Shown: one piece after another, positions 40,887 to 49,985 of the stretch
Numbering within the stretch: the stretch's first letter is position 1
Layout: every line of letters starts with the position of its first letter
NCBI GenBank assembly: GCA_965140415.1
Contig: OZ223209.1
Location: 5,632,001-5,696,000, forward strand
DNA length: 64,000 nucleotides
Direction of reading: 5' to 3'
Origin: Myxococcota bacterium
GTDB taxonomy: Bacteria > Myxococcota_A > SURF-8
Position numbers and translations under genes: made by a program
The notes under the pieces: model-generated
The model's database searches: none
The model's input: the letters and a program-made list of their open reading frames with translations, nothing else
Told to the model about the DNA's origin: nothing

Positions 40887-42215
40887 ATGCTGTCACGCGA
40901 TGAGATTCTGAGTACATTAAAGAAAGAAGGCGTACATTACCTGCGCTTGTGGTTCACCGACATCATGGGCCGCAATAAAAACGTCGAAGTTCCCGCTTCT
41001 CAGTTCGAAAAAGCGCTGGACGGCCAGATTCTCTTTGACGGCTCCTCCATCGAAGGTTTTTCCCGCATCGAAGAATCGGACATGATCCTGGTACCCGATT
41101 ACCGCACCTTCGTCATTTTTCCGTGGGAAGAACGCGGCGGCAAGGTTGCACGTCTGATCTGCGATATTCGCAATCCTGACAACTCCGATTTCCCCGGTTG
41201 CCCGCGTACGCGACTACAAAGAATCTGCGAAGAAGCGAAAAGCATGGGCTTTGAAATGAAAGCCGGGCCGGAAGCGGAATTCTTCCTGTTCGAACGCGAC
41301 GAGCAAGGCCGCGCCACCACGCGCACCCACGACCGTGGCGCCTATTTCGATCTGACTCCCATCGACCGCGGCGAAGACGCCCGCCGGGAAATCGTCAGCG
41401 TGCTGGAACGCATCGGATTCGAAGTCGAAGCCGCGCATCATGAAGTGGCCTATGGACAGCATGAAATCGACTTCAAATATCATGAAGCGCTGCATACCGC
41501 CGATAACATTGCGACTTTCCGCTTTGTCGTGCGCAAAATCGCCCTCGATTTCGGCCTGCACGCGACCTTCATGCCCAAACCGATCTTCGGTATCAACGGT
41601 TCGGGTATGCACATTCATCAGAGCCTGTTCACCCTGGATGGCGAAAACGCCTTCTACGATAAAAACGCGACGTACCAGATCTCCGAAACGGGACTCAATT
41701 ATATCGGCGGATTCCTCGAACACGCACGCGGCTTCTGCGCGATTACCAACCCGCTGGTCAATTCCTACAAGCGCCTGGTTCCCGGCTATGAAGCCCCCAC
41801 GCACATTGCCTGGTCCGAGCGCAATCGTTCGCCGCTGGTACGCGTTCCCGACCGCCGTGGCGAAGGCACCCGCGCCGAGTTGCGTATGCCCGATCCCTCC
41901 TGCAATCCCTACCTGGCCTTGGCCGTAACACTGGCGGCAGGACTGGATGGCATTACCCGGAAACTGGACCCGGGCCCCTCTATCAACAAGAACATTTATA
42001 CCATGAGCCAGCGTGAGCGTTCGCGCTTGAAGATCAAGTCGCTGCCCGCCAATCTCAATGAAGCGGTCGACGCCATGGAAAAAGATTCTCTGATGGCGAA
42101 ATCGCTGGGCAATCACATTGCCAAGAATTACGCCCGCGCAAAACGTCAGGAATGGGCTGATTACATCGCCCAGGTGCATCAGTGGGAAGTAGACAATTAC
42201 CTGACCGCGTACTGA
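40887..42215 (+). CDS. glnA: Glutamine synthetase type I (short, I-alpha-like)
   Basis: FDGSSIEGF, GPEAEFFLF, HHEVA.GQHEIDF, ATFMPKP..G.NGSGMH.H, SYKRLVPGYEAP, ELRMPD. Confidence 0.98.
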   Translation: MLSRDEILSTLKKEGVHYLRLWFTDIMGRNKNVEVPASQFEKALDGQILFDGSSIEGFSRIEESDMILVPDYRTFVIFPWEERGGKVARLICDIRNPDNSDFPGCPRTRLQRICEEAKSMGFEMKAGPEAEFFLFERDEQGRATTRTHDRGAYFDLTPIDRGEDARREIVSVLERIGFEVEAAHHEVAYGQHEIDFKYHEALHTADNIATFRFVVRKIALDFGLHATFMPKPIFGINGSGMHIHQSLFTLDGENAFYDKNATYQISETGLNYIGGFLEHARGFCAITNPLVNSYKRLVPGYEAPTHIAWSERNRSPLVRVPDRRGEGTRAELRMPDPSCNPYLALAVTLAAGLDGITRKLDPGPSINKNIYTMSQRERSRLKIKSLPANLNEAVDAMEKDSLMAKSLGNHIAKNYARAKRQEWADYIAQVHQWEVDNYLTAY

Positions 42216-42237
42216 TTCAAGCTCACTAGTTTCTTCG

Positions 42238-42275
42238 ACCCCCGAGGCAGCAAGGTTTCTGCCTCGGGGGTTTTA
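42238..42275 (+). terminator. Intrinsic terminator of glnA
   Basis: CCCCGAGGCAG...CTGCCTCGGGG followed by GTTTT. Confidence 0.85.
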
Positions 42276-42469
42276 TCGTTTATGGGCACTATTGTGAATA
42301 GAAAGTACCGGTCGTCTACGGCATGATCTGAAAAACGAAGGAAATAAAATTTGCATCTAATTGTAAGTTATCGTTATTTTTTCCTTCCAAATTTTCCAAA
42401 ACTAGCATATTGTTAACATCTACTCTGCAATACTGGTTGTTGATTGAGGGAGGAGGAGAAAAGCAAGCA

Positions 42470-42667
42470 ATGGGCGGAAGCAAACTAAAACGCTTGCGTG
42501 AGTCGCTATTGGTCAGCAAAAGCGAGCTGGCCAGGAAAGCCGGTGTTTCCACTGTTACCCTTGATCGTATTGAAAAAGGGTATGAATGCCGGGTAACCAC
42601 CAAGCGAAAAATATTGGAAGCGCTCGGATTGACGCCTCAGGACAAAAACAAGGTTTTTGACGATTAA
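42470..42667 (+). CDS. Small XRE-family HTH protein
   Basis: LKRLRESLLVSKSELARKAGVSTVTLDRIEKG; GGAGGAG SD. Confidence 0.9.
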   Translation: MGGSKLKRLRESLLVSKSELARKAGVSTVTLDRIEKGYECRVTTKRKILEALGLTPQDKNKVFDD

Positions 42668-42727
42668 CGAGGCGACCGGGTATTTTGTTTATGGATACCA
42701 TTGTAATGTTCAGGTGGAGAAGCAAGG

Positions 42728-43006
42728 ATGACCAAAGCCGATTTGATTGAAGCGGTGTACATGAAAGTGGGGTTGCCCAAACGAGAATCCGCTCAACTAG
42801 TCGAGACGGTGTTCGAGATTCTTAAGGGCACCCTCGAACAAGGGGAGAAGGTGAAGATCTCCGGGTTCGGCAATTTCGTAGTGCGCGAAAAGAAATCCCG
42901 CATGGGACGCAATCCGCAGACAGGCGAAGGAATTGAAATTACCGCCCGTCGCGTGCTGACCTTCCAGCCTAGCCAAATCCTGAAAACGAAAATGAACGGC
43001 CAATAA
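42728..43006 (+). CDS. ihfA: Integration host factor alpha subunit
   Basis: MTKADL, VKISGFGNF, GRNPQTG, ITARRVLTF. Confidence 0.9.
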   Translation: MTKADLIEAVYMKVGLPKRESAQLVETVFEILKGTLEQGEKVKISGFGNFVVREKKSRMGRNPQTGEGIEITARRVLTFQPSQILKTKMNGQ

Positions 43007-43308
43007 CCTTTCGGCGGCGTCTCTTCCCTGAAAGGGCAATAGGATTATCGCTGCCGAAAGAGCCGAGCGCACAGAAATGCCTCGGCAAATGTGCAATCAT
43101 ATTCCTATTCGTTTCAGATCTTCTATCCGACATTTCCGATTCGGAACCGTTTTCAGTGTCGGTTTAGTTTGGGTGAGCCGAGAAATTTCTACCGATAAAA
43201 CGAAACTCCAATAAATCTCGATATCGTGCGGTTGGTATTGACGTGCGATTCAAGCTGCATTAGCGTGAAGGTATAGGCGCAGATGTCGCCGATAAGGAAA
43301 GAACCGTC

Positions 43309-44109
43309 ATGAACAAACAACGTATTGTTTCCTGTGCTCCCAGCACCACCGAAATTCTGATGCTGCTTGGTCTGCAACCCCAGGTCGTTGGCGTGGACGA
43401 CACCAGCATGCAACTGGGATTGTGCAGCTCGGCGGAGTCTTTGGGAGCCGTGGACAACATCAATGTGTTGCTGGCTGCCTCGTTGAACCCCGATCTGGTC
43501 ATCGTGTCCGATAACATCCCCGGTATGGAAATCGTCATCGACTACATGCAAGACGAGCAACTGCCGCTATTGGTACTGCATACAGAGCGCTTCGACGATC
43601 TGCTTTCGGATATCTACACCATTGGCGCGGAATGCGGCGTGGAAGAACGCGCCCGTGAAGTCGTGGAGCAACTGCATCAGCAAGTTCGCCGCTTGAACGC
43701 GCTGGTGCGTGCAACCGACGAGCCGCTGCGCGCCTATTTCGAATGGTGGCCCAATCCCTTCGTGTCGGCGGGTAAACAAAGCTGGGTCAGCGACATGCTC
43801 AAGCGAGCGGGCGCAAGCAATATCTTTTTGGATTACCATGAACCGACATTCGTTATCGAAGACGAGCAGGAAATCATCGAGCGCGACCCGGAAGTGATTT
43901 TCGTCTGCTGGCCGGGAACCGGTGATGATCTGACCGATCTGGACCCAGATCAGATCCTGACTCGCAAAGCCTGGAAAGAAGTGACCGGCATCCGCATGAA
44001 ACAGGTATATTTTCTGCCTGAAACCCTGTTTGCGTTTCCCGGTCCCCGCATGTTGGAAGGCTTGGAATTACTGATCGATCTGCTTTCGCAATGCCAGCGA
44101 CTCAACTGA
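43309..44109 (+). CDS. BtuF-like cobalamin/iron-chelate binding protein without a signal peptide
   Basis: RIVSCAPSTTEIL, LNPDLVI, YFEWWPNP, DPEVIF, PGPR. Confidence 0.85.
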   Translation: MNKQRIVSCAPSTTEILMLLGLQPQVVGVDDTSMQLGLCSSAESLGAVDNINVLLAASLNPDLVIVSDNIPGMEIVIDYMQDEQLPLLVLHTERFDDLLSDIYTIGAECGVEERAREVVEQLHQQVRRLNALVRATDEPLRAYFEWWPNPFVSAGKQSWVSDMLKRAGASNIFLDYHEPTFVIEDEQEIIERDPEVIFVCWPGTGDDLTDLDPDQILTRKAWKEVTGIRMKQVYFLPETLFAFPGPRMLEGLELLIDLLSQCQRLN

Positions 44110-44224
44110 GTTTGCCTGCTCATGTGGTTGCTTCCGAATTACAATCCGAAGCCTCTCCTTTACTTGCGAGCAATTCCCTTTACCGCTATGCTATTTCGGT
44201 AAACGGATTGAAAGGTACTAGCAG

Positions 44225-45205
44225 ATGACATTTGGTGTTCGGCAATGGATGCTCCTGTTTTTCGTGGCTTGTTTTGTGAGCCTGCTTATAGGCTGCTCCG
44301 AAAACAAGCAGGACACAGCCAACTCGCCGGAACCGCCACAACCCCCGAAACCTGAAGCAACACCTAAAAAAGCAGAGATGCACGAGCAGATCAAGGCCAC
44401 CGTCTTGACCGACGGCGACCGGCAGACTTCCATCCATATTCACACCCTCACCAAACCGAAAAAAGAACGCGAACAAAGGCCGACACTTGACTTCCCCCCC
44501 GGTGCGCCACCTTTTATTAAGGAATTTGAAAACGAGCGCCTGATCGTGGTTCGCTTTCCGGAAATTAAAATTCCCAAGCTGTTTTCGTCCAACGGCTATG
44601 GAATCCTGGAAAAGGAAAGCAAACAAGCACTGCTGATCGATCCCGGCGTCGGAAACGTAAACATGATTCGTTTCTGGCTGCAAACCAACCAGACCAAGCC
44701 AATCGCCATAGCCGTCACCCACGGACATCTGGACCATACCGGTGGAGTGCGAGCGCTTAAAGAGGATTTCCCCGATACCCAATTCCTTGCCCCCAAAGGC
44801 GACGCGAGCTGGATACGATCCGTGGAAGAGGATCTTTTTAAGGTAATCGGAGCTCTGGCTCCGCCTGCCCCAGATCGCCTGCTTGAAGGAGGCGATCAGA
44901 TCGAAGTGGGCGACGTCATTTTCGATGCGATGGAAGTACCCGGCCATACCGAAGGTTCGCTGTTTTTCGTTCAACTAGACGACGCACTGGCCTTCACCGG
45001 CGATGCCGTATTCTCCGGCACCATCGGACGCACGGACTTGAAACACGCGCTGGACAAGCGCAGCCTGATCCGTTCGATTAAAAAGGCTTTCGATCGCTTG
45101 CCCGGGCAAACCCAGCTTTTCCCTGGCCATGGTGCCAAAACCAGTATCGAAAAAGAGTTACGCGACAATCCCTTCCTGCACCAGAAGCCTTCCGTGTTGC
45201 CCTAA
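44225..45205 (+). CDS. MBL-fold metallo-hydrolase (glyoxalase II-like) lipoprotein
   Basis: Lipobox LIGC; IDPG, THGHLDH, PGHT, TGD, GRTD, PGHG, NPFL. Confidence 0.9.
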   Translation: MTFGVRQWMLLFFVACFVSLLIGCSENKQDTANSPEPPQPPKPEATPKKAEMHEQIKATVLTDGDRQTSIHIHTLTKPKKEREQRPTLDFPPGAPPFIKEFENERLIVVRFPEIKIPKLFSSNGYGILEKESKQALLIDPGVGNVNMIRFWLQTNQTKPIAIAVTHGHLDHTGGVRALKEDFPDTQFLAPKGDASWIRSVEEDLFKVIGALAPPAPDRLLEGGDQIEVGDVIFDAMEVPGHTEGSLFFVQLDDALAFTGDAVFSGTIGRTDLKHALDKRSLIRSIKKAFDRLPGQTQLFPGHGAKTSIEKELRDNPFLHQKPSVLP

Positions 45206-45213
45206 ATACCCAC

Positions 45214-45242
45214 TTGCCAGTTTGCCATGTGTGTGATATACT
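45214..45242 (+). promoter_or_regulatory. Candidate sigma70 promoter
   Basis: TTGCCA-N17-TATACT with an extended TG. Confidence 0.55.
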
Positions 45243-45403
45243 TCCTTTCATTCCATAGATGATGGATGAATCGCGGCAGTGTGGTGATTCTTATTTTTAT
45301 AAGCAGTACAACATAAGCGTTTCATTGGGGTAATGCCGTTTGGCTGTGACATCGGCCAAAACAGCTGACATTTTGTAACTATTATTATTCAGGGGAGAAA
45401 TTC

Positions 45404-46882
45404 ATGAGAAAAACAAGCTGGATGTGGATCGTGTTGCTTCTGTTATTGACGCTGCCATTCGTTGCCGGTTGTGGGGACGACGACGATCCGTCGACCGACG
45501 GGGATCAAACCACCGATGGAGATCAATCTACCGACGGCGATGCAACGGACGGTGATGCAACCGACGGCGACACGACGGATGGTGACGTCGCCGATGGTGA
45601 TACGACTGACGGCGATGTGACTGACGGCGATATGGCCGATGGCGATGTGGCCGATGGCGATGCCGTAGATGGTGACGCGGAAACGGTAACGCTAGCAGGA
45701 ACCTTCGACTGGGGTACCGAAACCGAAAACTTCGAACCCACCGAATTGGCCGTAATGGACATGCTCTTTCAAACACAGGCAGCCATCAACGAAGTCGCCT
45801 CGGACGATGATCTGTGGACGCAACTCGATAATGAAGTGACTCGCACCAAAGACGCTTTCAAATCCGGGATGCAGTCCTGCCGCACCATCGACCCGGCGGC
45901 GGGCCAACCTTATATTATTGCCAATTACGATGCCTGCACGCACGCCAACGGCTCAGTGCATCTGTCGATTGAAGGCAGTGTGGGAGAACGCTACTACCTG
46001 GCCGATTTTCAGGACGATTTCGAAATTTTCGGAGTGGATATCGACGGTCAGATCGAACTGGAACGCACGGACGCCGTGCAGCGTCGTTTCGCACTGCGCG
46101 TCTTGAATGGCACGGGGCGTCGCTTGACGGTCGGGCTGGATCGCGACAACAAGCATCATCGTCTGTTGCTGCTGTTAGCGGCAACGTTGCTGATTCAAAA
46201 CGATACGGTCGAAGTCACCATTCCGAGAAACGATCAAGTAAGCCATATCACCGGCGATGCCGGCTGGACGGATGCAGACGTGCAATTGGGCGCACGCAAG
46301 CTGGGGTTGTTCACCTCCGATCAAACCGCCGGAGCACTGGTCTTTCCGAGGGATATCACCGACTGCCTCTGCCCTTCTAACGGTCCGTTGGGGGTCGCAG
46401 CGGCTTTCGAAGATCTGGGTTTGCAGTTGAAGGATCGGCAGGGAACGCTGTCGGATGCACTGGACGACGCATTGAGCGGACGCCCCTACGCCACGGCGGT
46501 TGCGGAACGCTTCCAGAATTTCGTTTACAGTTTCACCCAGGATCTTGAAGGCGATCTGGGTTATCAGTTCACCGCCGTTTGCGGCGATGTATCCCTGGAC
46601 TTAAGCGGCTTGCCGGTCGTCAAGATTCCGGTGCAGGCGGGAAATACGGAATGCCCCCTGCCTGGCGATCAGAACGTCATGGCACGTGTAGCTACGCTGC
46701 TGCAAGGCGTGCAGAGTCTTACGGACGCGCAGCGTTCCATGCTGATGCTTTCGATCCGAAATTTCCTGTTGGAACAGGCCGATGAAGACGGCTGCCTGAC
46801 TTTGGATGCCACCCAGTTGCAAGAAGCGGTCCGCACCAAAATCGCGGAGTCCTTCGATTGGGAACTCTGCGGCGTACAATAG
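45404..46882 (+). CDS. Hypothetical lipoprotein with 12 tandem xDGDx repeats
   Basis: Lipobox VAGC, GGGGAG SD, repeat tract, then a Cys-containing globular region. Confidence 0.85.
   Translation: MRKTSWMWIVLLLLLTLPFVAGCGDDDDPSTDGDQTTDGDQSTDGDATDGDATDGDTTDGDVADGDTTDGDVTDGDMADGDVADGDAVDGDAETVTLAGTFDWGTETENFEPTELAVMDMLFQTQAAINEVASDDDLWTQLDNEVTRTKDAFKSGMQSCRTIDPAAGQPYIIANYDACTHANGSVHLSIEGSVGERYYLADFQDDFEIFGVDIDGQIELERTDAVQRRFALRVLNGTGRRLTVGLDRDNKHHRLLLLLAATLLIQNDTVEVTIPRNDQVSHITGDAGWTDADVQLGARKLGLFTSDQTAGALVFPRDITDCLCPSNGPLGVAAAFEDLGLQLKDRQGTLSDALDDALSGRPYATAVAERFQNFVYSFTQDLEGDLGYQFTAVCGDVSLDLSGLPVVKIPVQAGNTECPLPGDQNVMARVATLLQGVQSLTDAQRSMLMLSIRNFLLEQADEDGCLTLDATQLQEAVRTKIAESFDWELCGVQ
45493..45678 (+). 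repeat. Coding tandem repeat, mostly 15-bp units encoding (T/A/V)DGD(x)
   Basis: 12 units with heavy synonymous variation. Confidence 0.9.
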
Positions 46883-46911
46883 CGTACCGTAACGCATGAT
46901 AGTGCACTCTT

Positions 46912-46944
46912 GCGGGTCGACCTTTTTCGGGTCGGCCCGTTTTG
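46912..46944 (+). terminator. Likely intrinsic terminator
   Basis: GCGGGTCGACC...GGTCGGCCCGT-TTTG. Confidence 0.65.
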
Positions 46945-47005
46945 CGTTATTGGAATTAAGCGAAGTCTTTTTGTAGCGGCGAGGCGCAAGCCCACCGACA
47001 TATGG

Positions 47006-47094
47006 CATGAGCCAAGCGGAGAGAAACGAAGCTTGCCTATATGGACCTCGAACACGGGCAAACCTGCGGTTTAGCCCGCGCCACCCTGGAATCA
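47006..47094 (-). repeat. Dispersed ~90-bp structured repeat, copy 3
   Basis: Similar to copies 1 and 2. Confidence 0.85.
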
Positions 47095-47292
47095 ACTAGA
47101 GTAGGTATTACTCATTTCTGACCATCGAGTAATCACGATGTGCCATGGTCTCACGGAATGGAAATTCCGGGAGGCCGTGTTTAACTTATTGAAGACACAC
47201 AGCCTTCCACGATCTTCGATCGCGTAAGACGATGGCACACATTCTTAAAATTAGTGGCTAAAAATGATTAAGAACCGGTATACTGAAAACAC

Positions 47293-47327
47293 AAAACGCC
47301 ACCCGCCCAAAAGGGACGGGTGGCGTT
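47293..47327 (-). terminator. Intrinsic terminator of rpsT
   Basis: Minus strand AACGCCACCCGTCCC-TTTT-GGGCGGGTGGCGTT-TT. Confidence 0.8.
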
Positions 47328-47359
47328 ATACAATGTTACAGCAATGAAGAAGCGTGATC

Positions 47360-47638
47360 TTAGGCTTCTTTTTGTTCCGTTTTCGCGCGGTTCAAGGCCT
47401 TGGCCAAACGCGACACGCGACGGGCAGCCGTCTGCTTTTTCAGCGCACCTTTGCTGGCTGTCGCAAAGATGGTTTTCATCAGCTTGGGAAAACCCGCCTC
47501 GGCGGCTTCCGGGTTGCTTTCCAGTTCGGCAGTCCAGTTTTTAATCGCACCGCGCATGAAGCTGCGGTTGGACTTGTTACGTTGGTGCGCTTTTTCGCTA
47601 GTGATAATGCGCTTGAGAGCTGATTTATGATGAGCCAC
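47360..47638 (-). CDS. rpsT: 30S ribosomal protein S20
   Basis: AHHKSALKR...RNK..RS.MR..IK...KG.LKK.TAAR..SRL; GTG start with AGGAGG SD. Confidence 0.96.
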   Translation of the reverse strand: MAHHKSALKRIITSEKAHQRNKSNRSFMRGAIKNWTAELESNPEAAEAGFPKLMKTIFATASKGALKKQTAARRVSRLAKALNRAKTEQKEA

Positions 47639-47703
47639 GATTGCCTCCTAATTCGTCACACAGATCTTTCCATCTGTCGATCCAATCGAACAACAGGGTG
47701 TCG

Positions 47704-47732
47704 TATTTACAGAACTATTGGGGAATTGTCAA
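47704..47732 (-). promoter_or_regulatory. Candidate sigma70 promoter of rpsT
   Basis: TTGACA-N17-TAAATA on the minus strand. Confidence 0.55.
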
Positions 47733-47865
47733 GTTATTAATGAATTCGGTTCACTCTTATCGACATTGGCAGAAATGTCTTGGCCCTGACTAATACATTC
47801 TATATAATGCTTTCATGTTCACCGACTTTCCATTTTGGAAAAGCACAAATACGTGGAGGATGGCG

Positions 47866-48819
47866 ATGCGATCCATGAAAATGGAAGCGATGTTGTGTAT
47901 TGCAGTGATTCTGCTGCTGTTCGTTTCGGGCTGCTCGGGGGAAGACGACTCCACCGATTCCGACGGAGACCTGGAGCAGGATGTACTCGTCGATGGCGAT
48001 ACGGAAACAGAAACGCCAGTCATCGACGGCGACCAGCCTCCCGTTACGGATGGCGATCTGGATATCGAGGATGAGGGCGGACTGCAAACCGCCGTATATC
48101 ATGTCTATTTCGAAATTGCTCAGGAAAAACGATACCTTAACGGAAGAAAAACAGAAAGGATTTCCGCTACCGGCGGATTCTGGAACTGGGATGACTACAA
48201 GGAAACCATCTTTCCCGAAAGCGGTTGCGCTCCCATCGGAAAAGAAGTGGAACAAGATGCCGGATTGGATAACGGTCCGGTCGCTGTCACCGGCGGGCTG
48301 TTGGATATCGAACTCGCGTTCGACGAAGCCACCGGATTCTATAAACCCGGTAGTATTGCGGGGTTAAACAAGTTGTGGGGCACGTCAAACCCGAAACTGA
48401 CCTATACCACGACCGATGACAATCCACCTTTGGGCGCCATCGCGGTGGACGCCGGAACGCCGGATAGCATCAGCCTGCAATCCCCCGATCCGACGGATAT
48501 TTCGTATGAATTCCCGACAGATAGCGATCTGACGATCCGTTGGAGCACCGGTAGCCGTGGCGCGGTGCGCATCTGGCTGCGCGATCCCTCGAAATCAATC
48601 GGCTGCCATATTATCGACGGTTCCGATTCGGTCACGATCGACACCAGTGAATTCACCTCACAGGATGCCGCCGAACTGATCGTAGAGCGCGTAGTACATA
48701 CCGAAAAGATGTTCGACCGCAGCGGCGGCGACTTCCTCACCGTCGAGCGGATCGTCATGTATCTACCCAAACCGCCTCAGGTATTTCCGGATGGCGATGG
48801 TACTGAAGCCGCGCAATAG
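47866..48819 (+). CDS. Hypothetical lipoprotein with DGD tract
   Basis: GGAGG SD, lipobox VSGC, four DGD motifs after the Cys, beta-rich body. Confidence 0.8.
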   Translation: MRSMKMEAMLCIAVILLLFVSGCSGEDDSTDSDGDLEQDVLVDGDTETETPVIDGDQPPVTDGDLDIEDEGGLQTAVYHVYFEIAQEKRYLNGRKTERISATGGFWNWDDYKETIFPESGCAPIGKEVEQDAGLDNGPVAVTGGLLDIELAFDEATGFYKPGSIAGLNKLWGTSNPKLTYTTTDDNPPLGAIAVDAGTPDSISLQSPDPTDISYEFPTDSDLTIRWSTGSRGAVRIWLRDPSKSIGCHIIDGSDSVTIDTSEFTSQDAAELIVERVVHTEKMFDRSGGDFLTVERIVMYLPKPPQVFPDGDGTEAAQ

Positions 48820-48881
48820 ACGTTTTATTGCCGATAAATATACTGGTACGGGAATAGGTTGCAAAAACCTACGGTTCTCTC

Positions 48882-48918
48882 TTGACAGGGGAGGTTCGCT
48901 TCTTTAGGATACCTCCCC
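48882..48918 (+). promoter_or_regulatory. Sigma70 promoter overlapped by an 8-bp inverted repeat
   Basis: TTGACA-N17-TAGGAT; GGGGAGGT (48888-48895) / ACCTCCCC (48911-48918). Confidence 0.55.
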
Positions 48919-48963
48919 CGGACCCAAACGCCTTTGCAAGGAGTTTTAGAGTTGAAGAGAAAC

Positions 48964-49263
48964 ATGGGCGAACGCAAAAACGAGCAGGCACTCACCTCCA
49001 ACCGGAAGCCGGTGGGTAACAAGCAGACGGTCGGATCAAAGGGTAACCGTCGCGGGCCGGTGTTGAACCTGCATACCGCTACATTTCGGGTTACTCGTCA
49101 GGGCATGTCTCCCTACGGATGGTCTTTCGATGCACCACAAGCCTGGGTGCGTTCCCTTACCACCCCGCTGATGGTGATCTGGCGGCAGAATGCACCGCAA
49201 AAACCTAAGAAAAACAACGAGTCTTCTCCAACTTCCCACGCCGACTGGCCTCGCAGACCCTGA
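48964..49263 (+). CDS. Small basic hypothetical protein (99 aa)
   Basis: Lies between the promoter and the next gene; TGATG stop/start overlap; no recognisable motif. Confidence 0.45.
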   Translation: MGERKNEQALTSNRKPVGNKQTVGSKGNRRGPVLNLHTATFRVTRQGMSPYGWSFDAPQAWVRSLTTPLMVIWRQNAPQKPKKNNESSPTSHADWPRRP

Positions 49264-49955
49264 TGTCTTGCTTAACGCGACAGATTCGCCGAGCCATTTG
49301 TTTACGCTCCGTGAGCGGCTTTTTACTGGCCGGGTGGATCTGTACTCTTCTAATCGCGTGTAGTTCCGAAAAAGAAACCATTTCCAAAGAACGTCTCGAA
49401 CTGGAGATGGACGAATGGGAAATGAACTGGGTGCTGGCCGAAAAAAAGCTGGAACGGGATTTGCTCGTGTTAGGCGAACGATCGCCAGCCACCTTCGAAC
49501 CGGAATCGCTCAAGGAATGGATGGCGGATTTCCGCAAGGACTATCCCTACTTGGAAGATGTCCTGTTTCTGGATAACCGCCTGCAACAGATGGGCGAACT
49601 GCTTAGCGGCGCTTCGCGCCTGCTCAAACATCCCAAGCGACGTCCCGAAGCCAAAAGCACGCGCAACCTGGGAATCATCACCTTGGGACTGACCGAGCGT
49701 CGCGGTCCCATCGTGCGCTTGCCAATCTCGATTCCAGCGGGGGAAAATATCCCCGAAAAGCGGGGGGTCTTGCAGGTCGTGTTGCGAGTCGACAAATTAA
49801 AGAATCTGCACGGAAAAACCAGTGCCTGCTGCATGTCCATTAAAGGACCGGACGGCAAAGACTGGTTCGATTGCGAAAACGAACAGAAAACCAACGTGCT
49901 TACACGCTCTCTTCCCTGGCTCGGTGAAACGGCGACGTTACAATGTCGATATTGA
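49263..49955 (+). CDS. Hypothetical lipoprotein, possibly Cache-like fold
   Basis: Lipobox LIAC; YPYLEDVLFLD...PI...GVLQVVL pattern. Confidence 0.65.
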   Translation: MSCLTRQIRRAICLRSVSGFLLAGWICTLLIACSSEKETISKERLELEMDEWEMNWVLAEKKLERDLLVLGERSPATFEPESLKEWMADFRKDYPYLEDVLFLDNRLQQMGELLSGASRLLKHPKRRPEAKSTRNLGIITLGLTERRGPIVRLPISIPAGENIPEKRGVLQVVLRVDKLKNLHGKTSACCMSIKGPDGKDWFDCENEQKTNVLTRSLPWLGETATLQCRY

Positions 49956-49985
49956 GTTTTTTCCATCTCAAACAAATACCAACCG

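Noticed and set aside
43007-43308. Cobalamin riboswitch upstream of the BtuF-like gene
   Set aside because: Hairpins are present, but no recognisable B12-box or GCCACTG/GGGAAG core elements.
45493-45678. CRISPR or phase-variable microsatellite
   Set aside because: In-frame coding repeat with diverged codons and no spacers.
47050-47090. c-di-GMP-I riboswitch suggested by GGGCAAACC in the dispersed repeat
   Set aside because: No GNRA-capped stem followed by GACGCAAA and no second stem; the copies are not consistently in 5' leaders.
48920-49262. Housekeeping ncRNA (RNase P, SRP, tmRNA, 6S) after the strong promoter
   Set aside because: No diagnostic conserved motifs recognised; an ORF overlapping the next start fits better.
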